Assembly: GCF_964204645.1 (NCBI RefSeq)
Contig: NC_134029.1
Location: 20,888,950-20,952,949 of the forward strand
DNA: 64,000 bases
Reading direction: 5' to 3'
Source: Tubulanus polymorphus
Taxonomy: Eukaryota; Animalia; Nemertea
Shown: positions 53,401-64,000 of the stretch, in pieces
Layout: each line of letters opens with the position of its first letter
How positions within the stretch are numbered: the first letter of the stretch is position 1
Position numbers and translations under genes: made by a program
Notes under the pieces: generated by a model
Databases searched by the model: none
Told to the model about the DNA's origin: nothing
Seen by the model: only the letters and a program-made list of their open reading frames with translations

Positions 53401-56400
53401 GAGACTGAGATTTTTATATCTGCCCATGCCGCTTACTTGTGATCTCTGTTCAAAATGATGTAGACAAGGATGGCTATAGAATAGGCCATGAGCAGCGTGG
53501 CGAGTGAGGTTAGAATCACGAACAGGGCCAAACTGGACGTTTCCATTCGAAAATCGACCTTCACCGAATCATTATCCGGCAGGCCTGGCGAAAATAACGA
53601 GATAGAGTTATATTTAGTTTTTAGGGCGTAGTTCGTTTATTGATTACAAAAAAAATAGTGTTTACCTAGATTTAATATATCTGATTTAGACTCCGTTAGA
53701 TGAAGGAAATCGTAATAAACACCCATTACCGAATGCGTTGTACCTGTAAGTAATATTAAAATCATATATCGGCAAATACATCATCCAATCAATGTGAAAA
53801 GCGTTTGGAAACTTTTGATATTTTGATTTTGGTATTTTCATCTCAATTCAATAGTAAGCAAACGCGACGCTCTTTTCGTACCGTGCGAAAATGAAATGGA
53901 CACATTTTGTAATCTGCTCCGATGATGGTTGAAATGAATGAATCCGGTAACGCCGTTCATCTCGACGCTACCAATGGCTGTTGATATGTTCAGATTTGCC
54001 GGGTAGGGGTTATCCGTTGCTTGTATCGAATTCACTACTACTTGTATTGCGTCGTAGGCCAGGGCGGCCTGGTAGATTAGGTCACCGGTTATGACGTCAT
54101 GATGAGATATCGACGATATGAAGCTATCCTCCTGAAATCGTGTTGAAATGTTTCATCAGAAATATTTAAAAAAATACTATCTTCAGTACTTGAGAATAAT
54201 GTTTTTGTTATTCTTTGCAGGTTTTTAGGTTTGATTTATCAATTTTTTTTACCGTGAAAATATCGGTCGAAAAGCGAATCTGTTTGGGTTGAAATGCATT
54301 TTGGGGACACCAGACCATCTGTTGCCCTGTGAAACCCTGGACAGGATGTTTATATTTGGGCAATAGCCATATATATCGGCCGCCCGTTTCGTCATCGTTG
54401 CTGCATATATATTCGCTGGCCTCCTGGTTATCTAAATATACTATAACAATACGCAACCGACTTGCCTGAAACAGAAGAAATAAATTCAAACCATCGATTC
54501 GTTCTTTCTTTCAGTGAATCCTATGAAAATAGAATAATTTTAAGAACTAAGTATAGTAATCGAGTATTCAATAACTTTGTCACATTTTTCAAATTGATAT
54601 TAAATTGTATAGTAATTATAAGTAGAATATTTCGATTCCAAATTCGGTCTGGTTAATGATAAATCACGAAGAGCCTGGAGGCGACACTCGTTCGTTTGAA
54701 TTTTCGGCGCTCTCGTCAGCGCTATACTTCAATCTAGGCGTGGTCCCGTTCTTAAACAACGTCTATATTTAGATGTGAATCGATGCGCGTTTCGTGTATA
54801 TCAACTATAAACGCGATATTACCGGTTACATCTTTCTTTATCCATATTAGAATCGTATTTGAACGTTGTAGACTTATATTCCTAGAAGGGTTTTGATGTT
54901 CTACAGTCCCTTCAGAAGTGCATTATCCGATATTTTATTTCAAGCATTTCAATGTTTTCATCATTGCAGACTGAATATCAAAATACCATCGGTTTTGTCA
55001 TTTCTCTCCTAGGAAAACTAACCAAGATTTCAGGTCATCGTTGCGTAAAAGGATTTTATATTTGAATTGACACCCGCAACCCCTGTCATAACGCTATCCT
55101 TTGTTCCCTGGTTAACCTTCGGTCGTGTCCTCTTATACGTGAGAACGGCCCAAATCGATCATAAATCGGGAATTCTAAAGCAAGAAAATACCGGCCAACA
55201 CAGGTCAAGGCACGTGTCTCACACGTCATCCTGCTCAGAGCGGGCTATGATATATGACACTATTCATGAAAAAATCTGCAATTCTGGTTTCGAACCCGCA
55301 AGACTAGCATAAAAGGTAACGGTATAAACAACGTAGAAATTGAATTTAGGTTTTTGATTTTACATACTTTGAGAATACTAGAAGTTTCGGAATTTTTAGA
55401 TTTGATGATTTCCATGATTACTTTGATGTTATTTTCCTCCAGATTTTTCCGTAATAACTGGCTTCCCTGTAGACAAAACACGCGAAAAAAACTCCACATT
55501 AATCAGAATGATGGTTGATAGAACTAATGAGATATGTCTTGTGGTGATTCCTGAGAAAGTTACCTGATAGTTTAGCTGCTGTTGCGATGTAACGAGGACT
55601 ACTTTATTCCAGTTAAGTTCTTGTATTAATTCTGCTACAGCTGAATGTCTCGGATCGGCCGTTGGGTAGATGTTATACACTGAGTCCGGTAATCGAATAA
55701 TACTGTCTTTTATCAAAATCTGAAGAATGAATTACAAGGACTGGTTGATATCATTTAGAAATGTTGGGATTTAATTTAAAAATTGTTGAAATTCGCAGAG
55801 TTGAGAGGTTTTTCTTAACGCACCTGGGGAAGTAATCCTTGGTTGAGAAAATGTTTTTTAGTTCTCGCCCCGGACTCGCAGTCCCCGCCAATTAGAACAA
55901 CCATATCTGCACTGGATCTAAGACTCGATTTCAACACACTTTTCTCTACGTCAGCCGAACACTGAAAAAATTCAGTATAAAAAAGAAATGATTTCAAACA
56001 GCAAACTCGTATAGCCGACGCCAGCTGGTCCAAAGCAATATAGCGAAGCGTTTGACAAAAATATCGTTCTTCAATGGAAAAGCTTGTTTTTTTGTCAGGG
56101 ACATGAAAGTGCTGCTCAAATAAACTTCGAGCCAGTTACCTAGGAAACAAATGGGTGCAACGCACTATCAGCCATGTATTATAATATATAGTTCAGTATT
56201 GGAAAGCTTACGAACTGTTTGTCGAAACGAAATTTATATGTTTGGAAAAAACGGAAAAAGATTCGAACGTAGAACGAGTGGAAATCCTTCCTTATTCAAT
56301 GTTTCGATTTTCAATCAATCAGGCTTTTGTAATTATCAGTGCCGTGATGTATATATTCCGGTATTCGATAATGAAATTATATAACCCGCCCTGTACGGTA

Positions 56401-56913
56401 TCAGGTCGCGGTTAATATGAAGCCCTCGAAGCAGTTTATTAATCAGGCGAGCCTAATTAGAGATTGATTGATTAATGAAAGATTAATTGATTAATTAATC
56501 TGATGAGACTCATATACGAAGTCAACTCGGAATTATCGCATCTTAATGATGATATCGTAAGCCGATTACGCATTTCCGGTGCAGTAGAATAATTCTAGGA
56601 TACACCTTCTGAACCGGAGGCTTCCATTTTCTTTTTACCAAAAAGGTTTTCTTAATCATGTCTTGGAAATCGCAGTTAAACACTATTGTTACTCACTAAC
56701 CTTTGTATCTGTATAAGAGAATACGACGTCACGATCGAGTACGTATTGCTGAGATTTATTCCAAGCGAGTTGCATTCCCAGTAATTCCGCGTTTCCCTGC
56801 TGAGATTTACTACCCGACAGTGGCAGTAATCCATGTATGATAATCCTACTGTCGACTCGTCTCCAAAATATAAAAACTAGCATTAACGAAAAACGTCGAA
56901 ACAACACTGCCAT
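50487..56913 (-). CDS. Divergent GABA-B-receptor-like class C GPCR
   Basis: 15 exons: 56913-56701, 55961-55824, 55719-55564, 55466-55368, 54465-54253, 54131-53882, 53743-53666, 53584-53437, 53336-53204, 52849-52742, 52666-52538, 52238-52034, 51857-51736, 51639-51433, 51182-50487. Signal peptide, Venus flytrap motifs (GLLPLSG, LNWNKV, LAYDA, GVTGFIHF), 7TM motifs IKMTSPNLN, KVWRVY, YKG..FAWHTRHV, YNV, LFIPK and a C-terminal coiled coil (LVNEIENLKQTIKQKDVTIRELNDRL). Confidence 0.88.
52940..53167. mobile_element. MITE with CAGGGGCGGAT termini in a GPCR intron
   Basis: TIR CAGGGGCGGAT / ATCCGCCCCTG; no clear target-site duplication. Confidence 0.7.
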
Positions 56914-59900
56914 TATAAAGGCGGCTAGCTTAGCGTATCATCGTCATGTCATTTTTCGTTTGCATGTTTTGCGAGATAGAAAACAAAATTGTTAGTATAA
57001 AACTCTCTTGCCAATTCATCTGGATTTGTCAAAATTCATTAAGCTTACTTAATTCTTCTATATCCGTCAAGACCCTCTCTATATAAATATATCCACAATG
57101 AAAAGAACACTTTCGAAATACGTATACACAACTTTCATTCGTTTGAATAGTATCACGGGTTTATAGTTGTTGTGTCGCGTCGAGCTGTATATGTATATTT
57201 ATTTTGTGGTCACCCGCGGTCAAATCGCGACAGTAAAGGGTTTCCCGGCCGCAGAATTATCGGCAAATAAAACAGCACTTAATAATACTCGGATTATGCA
57301 CGGAAATCGCTTACAGCGTTAACTATGTTTATTTTCACACGCGAATCGCAGAATTCGAAACCATTCGAGACGACGAAGAACTGATTTCTTTGATTAGATT
57401 ATCACTAGCTCGGCATCGGTTTGCCAGATTAATTTTCAGGAAAAAAAAACACCTCCAACCTCGTATATCAGACCCGAATAGTCACCACTGTGTTTAATAA
57501 TATCTAGCAGTTTTTCTTCGTATGTTGATTGTCACGCATTTCCTTTCCGTCGAAAACCTGTCAAAATTCGACAGTCGGCTCTTTTCTTAACGAAGCATGT
57601 CGTACTGTGTATGTATATACATAGCCTAATACTCATCCAGTCTCAAATTACGGAGGTACTTCATTGCAATAACCACCTGAAATAAGATTAAACGTGAAGT
57701 ACAATAGGGCCTTTATGAATATCGAGAATAGGGCACATGATGAACAGGCTTGAGTGTATACACCACTTAACAAACAACTTTCATATATACACGTTTTTAA
57801 TTTAAGTCGAACAAGCAACTGATTGTAGAGATTAAAAAAAAAAAATCTAAGACTTTTGCGCCACCGCGAAACTGGATTTTCTTAGAAGTATGCCTTCGTG
57901 TTATAGATAGATTCTATATTATAACTGTATACCGTAACAAGTTATTTTTTCCTTATTTCTTTCTAGAGTATATAAAACATAATTTTAGTGTTGTTTTAGC
58001 GATTGGATTGTGATCTTCGCAGAAAAGATATTTCTATTCCGGCATAGAAAGCGAATTTAACTCGTTAGAATTGAGAATTATTGCCAAATTGATATTCACG
58101 ATCTGATTACTGCAGAATTTTGGCCGCTCAGCCACTACAAAACTGACAAAATTATGATTTCAATTGGAAATTATTGTATATAGTGTCTTTATTCTTTCTT
58201 TGCGGAATTTAATTCTACGTTTAAAGGCGTTCAAATATGAAGTTTGTTGTAGTTCTTCGTTATTTCGCCAAATGCTATGGACTATTAGTAACATAAATCA
58301 ATATTAGTCGGCCATACATATTCTCAAACAGCATACGCAATTTGAGCGGTAACTTTCGATATTTCTGCAGTTTTGAAAGAAACACGCCGTGAATAATTTC
58401 AGTAGAATAATTCACAGTTGTTCGCGTGTGGAGTCGACATGCTTATTTACGCTAAAAACCGGTTGCCGGAAAAGCTAATGAATTTGTACACATACTGGCA
58501 CAATTTCAATACATACATAGAATCAATTGAGGTAATTGTAGCAGTAACAAGCAAGTGATATATCGGTAACTAGCATCAACAGTGCTGATTATATGAATAA
58601 AACATATCATATTGAATAATGTAGAAGCGATATGAGAAAACTTTATAGATGAAGTTCAATCCAATTTTAATATATTGCTTATCCGTGTTTAAGTTCGAAC
58701 TGTTTAGCCCAGCGTACCGACACGGGAAAACACGGAAATAGGAGACGTTAAAAAATATTTCCGAGCGTTTGTGTCGTGTGCGTTTTAACGAGAAACATGT
58801 GCTTTCAGGTACTGGGTTCTTAAACCTGTTCATTCCGTGTTTCCCTGCGTCGTGTGTGTTAGGGTTTACAAACTAGGAATTCGATAAGGGTTCGTTTTTC
58901 CAGCATCAGTCACTACTTCCCCACCCTCGACAACGTTTTCTCGTTGGTGATTGATGGGAAATCTTTTACCACAGCTTTTCTCATGATAGAAATAGAAATT
59001 GAACGCTTTTGCTCAATGTTTTTGTGGTTTACTAGTGTTTGTTAATACGCTTGGATAATCTTTTTATGAATACACGAATAAAAATGGTAGCCTACTTTTC
59101 AGGACATCAGAAAAGTGAACGGTTTTATATACTTTAGAATGTAATTTGTTTATCGTCGCAGTCTGTTGCTGTTTGTTTTCCCGCTGTTGTGTGAATGTAA
59201 AAATGAACACGTAAAGCATCTATATTTTCTAGTCGATTCAAATTGAGAATGTACGTAATCTATAGTTACGGTACATTCCTGAATATAATGAAAGTTTTAG
59301 TAGCACGTAATCAAACGTTTCATATATAGCCACGGGCGATGATTTCTAGACTAATGAAAAATGCATATTACAATTTTTTTCATTACTATCCTATTTGCCG
59401 ACAAAAGATATAAATTTTCCAGTTTAGTCACCCGTTCTGTAAGTCACGGAACTATACTGAATAGATCCATTATTTTCACTATAGACCTAGATGTAGGATG
59501 GCGTCTTGAATTTTGGTAACGGAATTTTTCGTTGAATTTTTGTTCATTCGTCAAAAGAACAAGACAAAATAGAAAGCCAACCGTCATTCAACATATAATG
59601 TAAATTGATAAATTTGAATTGTCCTACATGTGTGATGCCTAAACAACAGCAATAAACTAGATAATACCGCTTGTTTTCTTTTCTACTTACCTTATTTTCA
59701 TTTGAAAGATTCTCGTAGATCGGGCGGGGTTTTGTTTTGTTTACCTACGTAGGTATTTCACTTAGTCCGTCTGCCCTCTCCAGCCAGCCAAGCAGTTGCA
59801 GCAGTTGTAATGTAATTCATGCAGCGTTCATTGTTTTTTCCAGGCTGACTGGCTGTTTCTATCGATAAATCGCTAGGTGTTGCAGCACATCAGTACTACT

Positions 59901-60467
59901 ATTGCCGCAATTGACATAGTAATCAATGATTGTGAAGGCGACACCCTTTATTCAATGCATCAGGTTCAATCGGCGGTACTGACAACAAGTCACAGTTCTG
60001 CCACCTATACAAACTCGCTGCCAACTTTCAACTATTCAATTCGAACATTTTCGCGCATAATTCTGATCAATCCAGAAATAATCGAGGCCAACGATGTATT
60101 GAACAAGAAACAAAGAAAGATTTATTTGATGATGAATTGAACAGCATAAGGAGTTACATTATGACAGCGTATTTCCATTTTTTATTGCCACCGGATACTT
60201 TAATCATATTTGACCATATTTCCCGCTACATCTGAAAGATTGAAATTGAAATTGAAATTTATTTTCATTACGATGTTACATTATTGAACGATATAAAGAT
60301 AGAATCACATGCGCATTACATTAGTAGGGGGATAGTTTAAGAAATTTTCTTTTTGAAGAATAAATGCATCACGACCTCCATGCTCTATCGGTTTCCATAG
60401 ACAAGTGAGTGTCTTCACTTCATCCATACTCGACGCCTGATCAAAAAATTAAAATTTTTCGATAATA

Positions 60468-60791
60468 TTAACTAGAATTATAGATCAAATCAAATAGATA
60501 TACCTTCAAAAACATGTTATCGGCAAAGGTCGTAGTCACAACCGAAGGATTGATGTACATCATACAGTTTGCGTAATCCGTCACATATTTGAAAGCCGAA
60601 CAAGTCGATGTTGCGACACATATCGCAGCGCATTCAATCCTCGATACAATTCCTCGTTTAACCGATGGGTCATTCTGAATCTGAACCATCGTCAGTCTAA
60701 ACTCCGTCACAGTGATGTTCCAATCTGCCGAACATTCGCAGATCATCAGTGCCATCAACATCAGGATCGTTATTCTCATCAGAACTGCCAT
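60468..60791 (-). CDS. Small secreted PAN/Apple-domain protein (107 aa)
   Basis: Hydrophobic signal peptide, then SRIECAAIC-x5-CSAFKY-x6-C, the 4-Cys PAN pattern; single exon. Confidence 0.75.
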   Translation of the reverse strand: MAVLMRITILMLMALMICECSADWNITVTEFRLTMVQIQNDPSVKRGIVSRIECAAICVATSTCSAFKYVTDYANCMMYINPSVVTTTFADNMFLKVYLFDLIYNSS

Positions 60792-61454
60792 CTTCCGAAC
60801 TGCTATTTAGGTTTTTCGTTCGCGGGCCTTCAGAGGACCCTGTTTTATAGACACCTTTTAGCTTAAGCCACCTAATTAGCGCTTAAGTTAAAACTGGTTT
60901 ATAAAACCGGCCTTAGGTGCAACTTAATATATCAGTTTCGAATTAAACCCTGAGTACTAAACTCAATTCACTAATAGCTGAGTGGTCCTTTGGGGTTCAA
61001 ATCAAAACTGGAATATCCGCATGAATTGTGGAATTTTCACACAAAATGGTCAAAATTCACTTTGCTCCAGGTCACTTTGTATCATGCAGCTGACGACGAA
61101 TGGTATGATATTTCAACACTGCGTTTGTTGTCAATTCTCCAGACCGAATAATGTAGTCGTCATGCACACGTCTGCAATGAAAACGATCATATTAATTGCC
61201 AATGTTATATTAATACCTGCGTAAAACACTAAAACGTGATATTCATCGTGCTATAGTGATCTGATGAATTATTAAACGGTCGCAAATATCCAATTAACTC
61301 CGGAATAACATCGCACGAACTTAATAAAATATTTTTAAGACCATCAATCATTCAAGATTATAATTCGAAACCCACGAGGCCTTTCACGATTTATAAACCT
61401 TTACTAGATTGAGTAAAAAATCAAATAGTTTATATCTTTCGGCGGTCTCTCAGA

Positions 61455-61536
61455 GCTGCGATGGCCGAGAGGTTAAGGCGTTGGACTCGAAATCCAATGG
61501 GATTTTCCCGCGTAGGTTCGAACCCTACTCGCAGCG
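61455..61536 (+). tRNA. tRNA-Ser(CGA)
   Basis: 82-nt cloverleaf: acceptor GCTGCGA/TCGCAGC, D arm GCC..GGC, anticodon stem TTGGA/TCCAA with CGA at 61488-61490, long variable arm, T arm GTAGG-TTCGAAC-CCTAC, G discriminator, TTTT at 61544-61547. Confidence 0.97.
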
Positions 61537-64000
61537 ACAGAGCTTTTGAAAAATTATTGTTATGACGTTTTGTCTAAGGATTTGCATAATTAGAATGGTA
61601 CGTATTGTTATTTTTCTTAGTTTGACCATGGTTTAGTGTCCATGGTTTGGCTGTAACTTGACTTTTCTATCCGAATTTTAACATCGTTTTATTTTGAGAA
61701 TAGCATCTAAATATTTGCATTTCCGATGAATTCATGTGACCAAAGTAATGTGGGAGAAAGGAGAAAGTGCCGCCTTCGTAAGTTATCAACCATTTTGGCG
61801 ATGACCTTTAAGAAATTTGCATTTTAACTTGGGCGGATCACGTTGGCCAGAACAAACCGAAATAACCGATAATTGAAAGCGATGAACGAGAGAACAAGTA
61901 ATGACGTGTTTTATAGGCTATGTGGGTGCTGAAGATGAGTTTGAACTTACCTTTATGGTGTAGATAGCTACTAAAACCATCTCGTATCACCTTGTTATCA
62001 GGGTAGATATACGTGCTTCATATAGATTTTCATTCCTTCATTCCTGATCAATTACTAGAAATACGTGTTGATCATCGCGAAACCAAAACATTCACTCCAT
62101 ATACTGTGAATTTTGATACTTTGGTGAAACTAAATAAATTTCTAAGTAATTTCTCATGTCTATTTATGGCGTGTAAAATCAACTTAACTGTTGTTAAGCT
62201 CGTTTATATTCACATCTATTTCCGATAATCTCAGATCATCTACATATAGAAATTGGGTTATAACAAATCTAAAACGCAAAAAATGAAAAATGGTGGTACA
62301 TGTACTAACAGCTGACTGATTTCATAACAGTTGAAACGAACACTTCTAGATTCATACGCATTTTCGAGTTGCATAGTTGACTTTTCAATTTTTCAATCTT
62401 AACGGCTACAGAATAAGACACTCATATTGTGATATTCAGTATGACAACGTTGTGTGGAAGGCTTGATTTAGAATTCTTTGAAAATTCCTTTTTGTAATTG
62501 TAGGATCTCTTCACAACGAGCGTTCGAACAATTCGTCAAAACGTTCTCAAGAATCCCGAAAAGGTAAAAGGTCAGAAGCTACGAAAATGTTTTCGATGTC
62601 GATTGAGCATTTGAGACAAACAAATAACCGCGCGGAAGCCATTTCCGACAATCAACGACGAACCACGCGGTGAATCGATGGTGACATTTTAAACATCAAT
62701 AACTCCCAGACTCGGGACGTTTCAGTTCGCAGAACTGTATGTATTTTCGATAACTTTTATCGCGCGATAAAAGCGACGATATCAACGATTATACAAGACG
62801 GATCTGGGGATAGTATTTGATTTTCTAATCACGATTGATCCAGTGATCGATCACATTGAACTGCTTCCAATCAGTAACTGCTTTGATTGATACGCGTGGG
62901 CGGCGGAAGCGCAACTGAGCCGTTATTAATGCACAGTCCACACCGAGAGCACGGGGAACTAACTTACAGCAATAACACTTATTCGCTCAACGATGGATCG
63001 TGATGTCATTATGAACGTTCAGGAAATATATTAGATACGGTCAATTTCCCTCGTCGAGAATTGGCGTAAAGTGTCCTCATTTTCGAGGCGCTTTAGCCCG
63101 TTATGATACGATGCGACAACAAAAAGTCCATCATTGTTATCTAATCTTTGAAAGAAAGTTCATTTTGCATCGTGTGAAATTAACATTTAGTCCAGTTTGG
63201 CACCGAAAGAAAATATAACTCTATACCATTTCACTAATCGTCTATAGAACACAATAATCACGGCTTTCATCTTCTTATGTTTGTTTTCATGTGTTTACAT
63301 TTCAAAGCGATGCTGATCAAATGAAGTGGAAGTAACTCCATTTTCTTCAGAGGCATTATAATATTAATTGCCGCTGGTATTTATGCGTGTTTACTGGCAG
63401 ACTCGTCTTTCAACCGTGTCCATCTCAAAGAACATCAAAACACATTTTCAGGTTTTTTTTCCACTTTGAAATTCGGCAAAAAACGAAAACATATAAAATT
63501 GATCAGTTTTCTCATTCAGTTTCCTCCTATACCGCATTTTGACTTTTCATTCTGTGTTTATTTTTTTATCACGACCTGAGCAATTTCAAACTTTGTTCGC
63601 TGATAATCTTGAGATAATCCGTCGTCTTATCTCGAATAGAATGTAGTTTTATCTCATCGAAATAGCGTGCCCTGTCAGACGGGGGTGTACAAAGTTATGC
63701 GAAGGGTTAACACTTTGTTCCACAGATTGCCGTAACTCTTTGAACTGTGAAAACGACAAGCAAACGATGGAAACAAGCCAATTAATTTTTCGATGTATCA
63801 GAAGGCAGCGATTCTATAAATCAAGCTAATTCGATGAAATATGGAGACGTGGGAATTTGAAGCGCTAGTGAAATGTTTAAAGGATGGTTGGTCAACGCCG
63901 CAAAACATTCATCGAAATGAATGCAATATCATCGTTTAAAGTTAAGGGAAGTTTTCGTTACTTTATCGGTGAAATATTTCACGGCTTTCACGCCGTTGCA

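Noticed and set aside
56500-56530. CTGATGA-gact...agtc hammerhead-like start
   Set aside because: Lacks the required GAAA after stem II and has no stem I or III.
59877-60140. 87-aa ORF and other short intergenic ORFs between 57000 and 64000
   Set aside because: Mostly non-ATG starts, no recognisable motifs and no consistent splice pattern.

Overview
Intron-rich, compact metazoan (invertebrate-like) genomic DNA, not prokaryotic. Gene order: CBP/p300 histone acetyltransferase (+, 5' end outside the window, stop at 14809, long 3' UTR), PRRC1 (-), NSUN7-like RNA m5C-methyltransferase-fold gene (+), JADE/PHF15-17 PZP-domain scaffold (-), a divergently transcribed gene with a single coding exon for a disordered protein with repeated RxxSxP motifs (+), a divergent GABA-B-like class C GPCR (-), a small secreted PAN/Apple protein (-) and a tRNA-Ser(CGA). 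Introns and UTRs carry several families of short non-autonomous DNA transposons. The most notable observations are (i) two tandemly duplicated 57-nt exons at the CBP RING-PHD junction that look like mutually exclusive alternatives, with RNA stems between them, (ii) a second duplicated in-frame CBP exon between TAZ1 and KIX, (iii) loss of the motif VI catalytic Cys and a U12-type intron in NSUN7, and (iv) a degenerate hammerhead-like motif. All exon boundaries were derived by hand from GT-AG sites and reading-frame continuity; homology calls come from remembered family motifs and no database searches were run.
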